Shown in pieces: positions 34,019 through 37,474 of a stretch of DNA of 37,474 nucleotides. Position 1 is the stretch's first letter. Each line of letters starts with the position of its first letter. A program made the translations under genes and the position numbers. The notes beneath the pieces are model-generated. The model was not told where the DNA came from. It did not search any database and saw only the letters and a list, made by a program, of their open reading frames with translations. Origin of the DNA: a virus (Duplodnaviria > Caudoviricetes); IMG/VR virus record IMGVR_UViG_3300037483_001819, positions 1 through 37,474 of that record, one strand, 5' to 3'.

Positions 34019-37000
34019 TATAATTTTAAAACCTTTTAAAGCAAATATAGTAAACAATGAGCGTGGAAATTCTATCGGGCAAGTTATCACAGGAGTTGTA
34101 GGCGCTGTTGTTGGTGCTATAATTGGTGGTCCTGCTGGAGCAATTAAAGGTGCAATGTATGGGTTTACTATTGGCCTCACGGTTGGTGGGATTCTCTTTC
34201 CGGCGGAGATGCAAACACAAAAAGTAAAACCTGGAACGCTTAATATTCAAACAAGTCAGTATGGTATCCCTGTACCTGTAGTATATGGTTCTCGGAAAAT
34301 AGCAGGGAATCTCATAGATTATTGTAATTTTCAGTCACATGAAAACGAGGAAGAAACAGGTGGTAAGGGCGGCGGTGGTCAGTCATACACCACTTTCACT
34401 TATTCTGTAACTGTCGCTTTTGGCTTGTGCATGTCTCCCTCAGACAGACGTATGACAGTCATTAAAGCCTGGGCCGGGAAAGATGAAATATCACTTGATT
34501 TATTGACGATATATGACGGCTCGCAGACTGCGCCGGACTCTTATCTTGCCAATTATGATGATAGGCCTAAGACGTGGAAAAATCTCTGCTATGTTGTGTT
34601 GAGGGATTATAACTTAGGGAATTCTACGCAGATACCGAATTTTACGTTTGAGTTGGGAATTGAAACAAGTTTAACAACAACTTTTCAGAGGGATTCAGCA
34701 TTAACGCTTAATGCAGGCGAAGGACTGATGAGAGTTTTACTGATAGATGAACAAAATGGTTTTATGTATGCTGCATCCCAAGCTGATAGCACTATTATTA
34801 AAATAAACATCTCAGATTTTACTGTGGTTGATATTATTAATATACCTGACTGGCTAACTCCAGACAGAGGCGTTATAGATACTGTAAATGGTTATGCATA
34901 TTTTGTACTTTTAGAAGCTCCAGCGCAAATAATAAAAATAAGATTATCTGATTTTACAATTGTGGATACACTGGAAATCACTGCAGCTTACTTAACAACA
35001 GCAGTGATTGATGTTGATAACGGATTTGCCTATTTTGGAGATGAACATACGCCTGCACACATTTGGAAAATTGACCTTTCCAATTTTACTTTAGATTCAA
35101 CCTTGGAATTAAATACTGGTGAAAACAACACACAGGCTTCCTGCATAGACACCGTAAATGGATTTGCTTATTTTGGAACAAAAGGCGGATCTCTAAATTC
35201 TATTGTTAAAATCCAACTTTCTGATTTTACAAGAGTTGATGCGTTGACAATGCATATTACTGGGCAATGGCGAAGGGCTATATCATCAGTAATTGATACT
35301 ACGAATGGATTTGCATATTTTGGATTTGAATATGGCGGTGGTGCAAATATTGTCAAGATTAATCTTTCTGATTTTACTTACGAAGATGATCTTGATTTGG
35401 ATAGCTTATCTTCATATTGGTATTCAGCAGCCATTGATGTTGAAAATGGGTTTGGATATTTTGCTGGTTGGGCAAATCCAACAGTTGTTGCTCAAATCAA
35501 ATTGTCTGATCTATCACTGGAAGCATATATAACTTTAAATGCCGGAGAAAAAGAAACGTGGGGAGCTGCGGCAATTGATTTGAGCAATAACTTTTTATAT
35601 ATTGGGACAGGTTCATCTAGTGTGATACCGGGCATAATTACTAAAATACAGTTACCCAGTACTTCTACCTCTACAGGAACTTTTGACATGGCCCCTCCCG
35701 ACATCACAGAAGACATTCTCACAAATGATCTTTACGGTCTTGGCCTTAGTTCGTCAAAACTTGATTCTGGTGTATTTGCAGCTACAAAATCATATTGCGA
35801 GACAAACAGTTTGCTGATATCACCTATATTTGATTCGCAAATCAGCGTACTGGACGCCCTTCAGCACATCATCAGTCATCACAACGGCTATATTGCATAT
35901 TATGACGGCCTAATTAGTCATAATCAGCTTAAAGAAGAGACGCCTATCAGCGCACTCACTGATGCTGATACAGTTAAAAAGGACGGTGAATTTCCGATAC
36001 AAATCTCAAGAAAGGGCGGCAGATCATTTAACAACAAAATCACTGTTGAGTGGACTAAACGTAATAGAGAATATATTACTGGAACAGTCCAGGATAGCAG
36101 TGATTTCGATATTGATACTTATGGGTTGAAAGATGCGACGGTTAAATTGGATGGAATAACAACATTTAATCTGGCCTCGAAAATGTGTCATCTCTTGTTG
36201 AAAAAATCCTTGGTAAATGCTGAATTATACGGCTTTGAACTCGGGCCAAAGTCCATAGGCATAAAGCCCGGAGAAGTACATACCCTAACTGACTCAAACG
36301 TAGAGCTGTCAGTTAAACCTATCAGGATTGAAACGATAAGCGAGACTCCGGATAAACATATTGATGTGTCAGCAATTGAAGAAGTAGAAGGTATCCACGA
36401 CTTAATTGTGATAGGTAGTGATACATCGGCAGCATCTGAACCTCCAGCATTACGCACAGAACCTGATGCTTCGTTTGATGTAGTCAACCCACTAATAACC
36501 GAAGTGCCTGACATATATAATAATGAGACTCAGCGCCAGATAGTTGCCACATACTCAAAGCCGGCTGATTTGGAGGCATGGGTCGGGGCCTCGCTGTATA
36601 TGTCTACCAACCCTATTGCCGGTTTTGTCAAAAAATCATCTAGCACAGGCTCTGGACTTACAGGCACTGTGGATGATCTGGGTTTCGACGGTGTGCTCAG
36701 TCTTGCGTATATAGATGTTGTTTTGGATTGGGGTGCTACGCTTTCATCGGCGGCGAGTATGGATGAATTAGTAGCTAATCCATATAAAAATCTTATGTTT
36801 GCAAGAGTGGATGATGTTGATACATTCATGCAATACCAAACTGTGGAATTGATAGGGACAAATACATGGAGACTTTCTGGTTTAATTTATGATCTGGTGA
36901 ATACACCCACAATCAATGACTATGGAACTGTGGTGATAGGCAGCAAGATCGGGTTTTATTATAATATTCCGCATACAGTTTTGCTGGAGCCATTTTATGA

Positions 37001-37103
37001 GGGCTCTTCGCTTCTGTACTTCAAGATCGTTTCATTCAATCATGCAGGCGTTGAGCAAAGCCTTGCAGATGTCTCAGTAATCCAAGTGGAGTTGTTACCA
37101 TAA
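33999..37103 (+). CDS. Tail tip / host-specificity protein (GTA-type) with inserted 7-repeat beta-propeller
   Basis: QTSQYGIPVPVVYG..KIAGNLI, GGKGGG, LGNSTQIPNFTFE; GGAGG RBS before ATG 33999. Confidence 0.85.
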   Translation: MFTRLINIILKPFKANIVNNERGNSIGQVITGVVGAVVGAIIGGPAGAIKGAMYGFTIGLTVGGILFPAEMQTQKVKPGTLNIQTSQYGIPVPVVYGSRKIAGNLIDYCNFQSHENEEETGGKGGGGQSYTTFTYSVTVAFGLCMSPSDRRMTVIKAWAGKDEISLDLLTIYDGSQTAPDSYLANYDDRPKTWKNLCYVVLRDYNLGNSTQIPNFTFELGIETSLTTTFQRDSALTLNAGEGLMRVLLIDEQNGFMYAASQADSTIIKINISDFTVVDIINIPDWLTPDRGVIDTVNGYAYFVLLEAPAQIIKIRLSDFTIVDTLEITAAYLTTAVIDVDNGFAYFGDEHTPAHIWKIDLSNFTLDSTLELNTGENNTQASCIDTVNGFAYFGTKGGSLNSIVKIQLSDFTRVDALTMHITGQWRRAISSVIDTTNGFAYFGFEYGGGANIVKINLSDFTYEDDLDLDSLSSYWYSAAIDVENGFGYFAGWANPTVVAQIKLSDLSLEAYITLNAGEKETWGAAAIDLSNNFLYIGTGSSSVIPGIITKIQLPSTSTSTGTFDMAPPDITEDILTNDLYGLGLSSSKLDSGVFAATKSYCETNSLLISPIFDSQISVLDALQHIISHHNGYIAYYDGLISHNQLKEETPISALTDADTVKKDGEFPIQISRKGGRSFNNKITVEWTKRNREYITGTVQDSSDFDIDTYGLKDATVKLDGITTFNLASKMCHLLLKKSLVNAELYGFELGPKSIGIKPGEVHTLTDSNVELSVKPIRIETISETPDKHIDVSAIEEVEGIHDLIVIGSDTSAASEPPALRTEPDASFDVVNPLITEVPDIYNNETQRQIVATYSKPADLEAWVGASLYMSTNPIAGFVKKSSSTGSGLTGTVDDLGFDGVLSLAYIDVVLDWGATLSSAASMDELVANPYKNLMFARVDDVDTFMQYQTVELIGTNTWRLSGLIYDLVNTPTINDYGTVVIGSKIGFYYNIPHTVLLEPFYEGSSLLYFKIVSFNHAGVEQSLADVSVIQVELLP

Positions 37104-37474
37104 TGGCCGCGCCGAAGATCCCATATAACGTAAGAATTAATGAAATCGGTGTAAATAGCGGAGAGAGCCTGGCAATTGCCGCTGGAGATATTGTACTTAC
37201 CTGGATGTCAAGGAATCGACATAACTTAGGCGCATCCAGCGTGACCAGGACAGACACCATTGTAGATGACTCAGACTTTTCAAGCTTTGAAATTGAGATA
37301 TATGAAGGCGTGAATTTACTTAGGACAGTAACGCAAACATCAAAAACATACACATATACGACGGCATTACAGACAACTGACGGTGGCCCTTATAGTGCGT
37401 ATACATTCAAAATAAGGCAGATGAATACGCTGCTGATGTCCGGGCAAGAAACAGTAAACGTAACAACGGTTTAA
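37103..37474 (+). CDS. Tail protein resembling the C-terminal domain of GTA-type tail tip proteins
   Basis: LTWMSRNR...FEIEIYEG..LLRTV...TYTYT; start overlaps the previous stop. Confidence 0.6.
   Translation: MAAPKIPYNVRINEIGVNSGESLAIAAGDIVLTWMSRNRHNLGASSVTRTDTIVDDSDFSSFEIEIYEGVNLLRTVTQTSKTYTYTTALQTTDGGPYSAYTFKIRQMNTLLMSGQETVNVTTV

Larger units (their letters stand above)
1..37474 (+). mobile_element. Mu-like transposable phage/prophage (partial; both ends outside window) with non-contractile tail
   Basis: DDE transposase + AAA ATPase + gam + gemA + mor + Mu-type head genes in Mu gene order, all co-oriented with overlapping start/stop codons; no tail sheath gene. Confidence 0.95.

Noticed and set aside
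1-37474. tRNA/rRNA genes, phage ends (TG...CA with transposase sites), repressor
   Set aside because: None recognisable; the window begins inside an early gene and ends within the tail module

Overview
Nearly the whole window is one Mu-like transposable (pro)phage, and every credible gene is on the + strand. The order is: early module (HTH, DUF3102-like, DDE transposase, AAA+ ATPase, Gam, HNH, GemA), Mor/C-family activator, lysis genes, Mu-type head genes (gp27/28/29/F/G/I/T/36/37), then a sheath-less GTA/siphovirus-type tail. The repressor end and the right end lie outside the window. The standout is an apparently complete integron in the accessory early region between gemA and mor. It has an intact IntI-family integrase (10892-11917) overlapping mor, a putative attI about 50 bp upstream, four 88-93 bp attC sites plus one half-site, and five tiny cassettes. 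The attC polarity is canonical relative to intI (minus strand), but all five cassette ORFs are inverted (+ strand), so they read with the phage operon, and four of them stop inside the recombination core. Other oddities: Sec-like signal peptides or NN-x-x-G leaders on several virion-module proteins, a glycosidase-like propeller inserted in the head module, an un-annotated -1 frameshift tail-chaperone ORF, and many REP-like or heptamer repeats, some translated in-frame. All assignments come from motif recognition and gene order; no database search was run.
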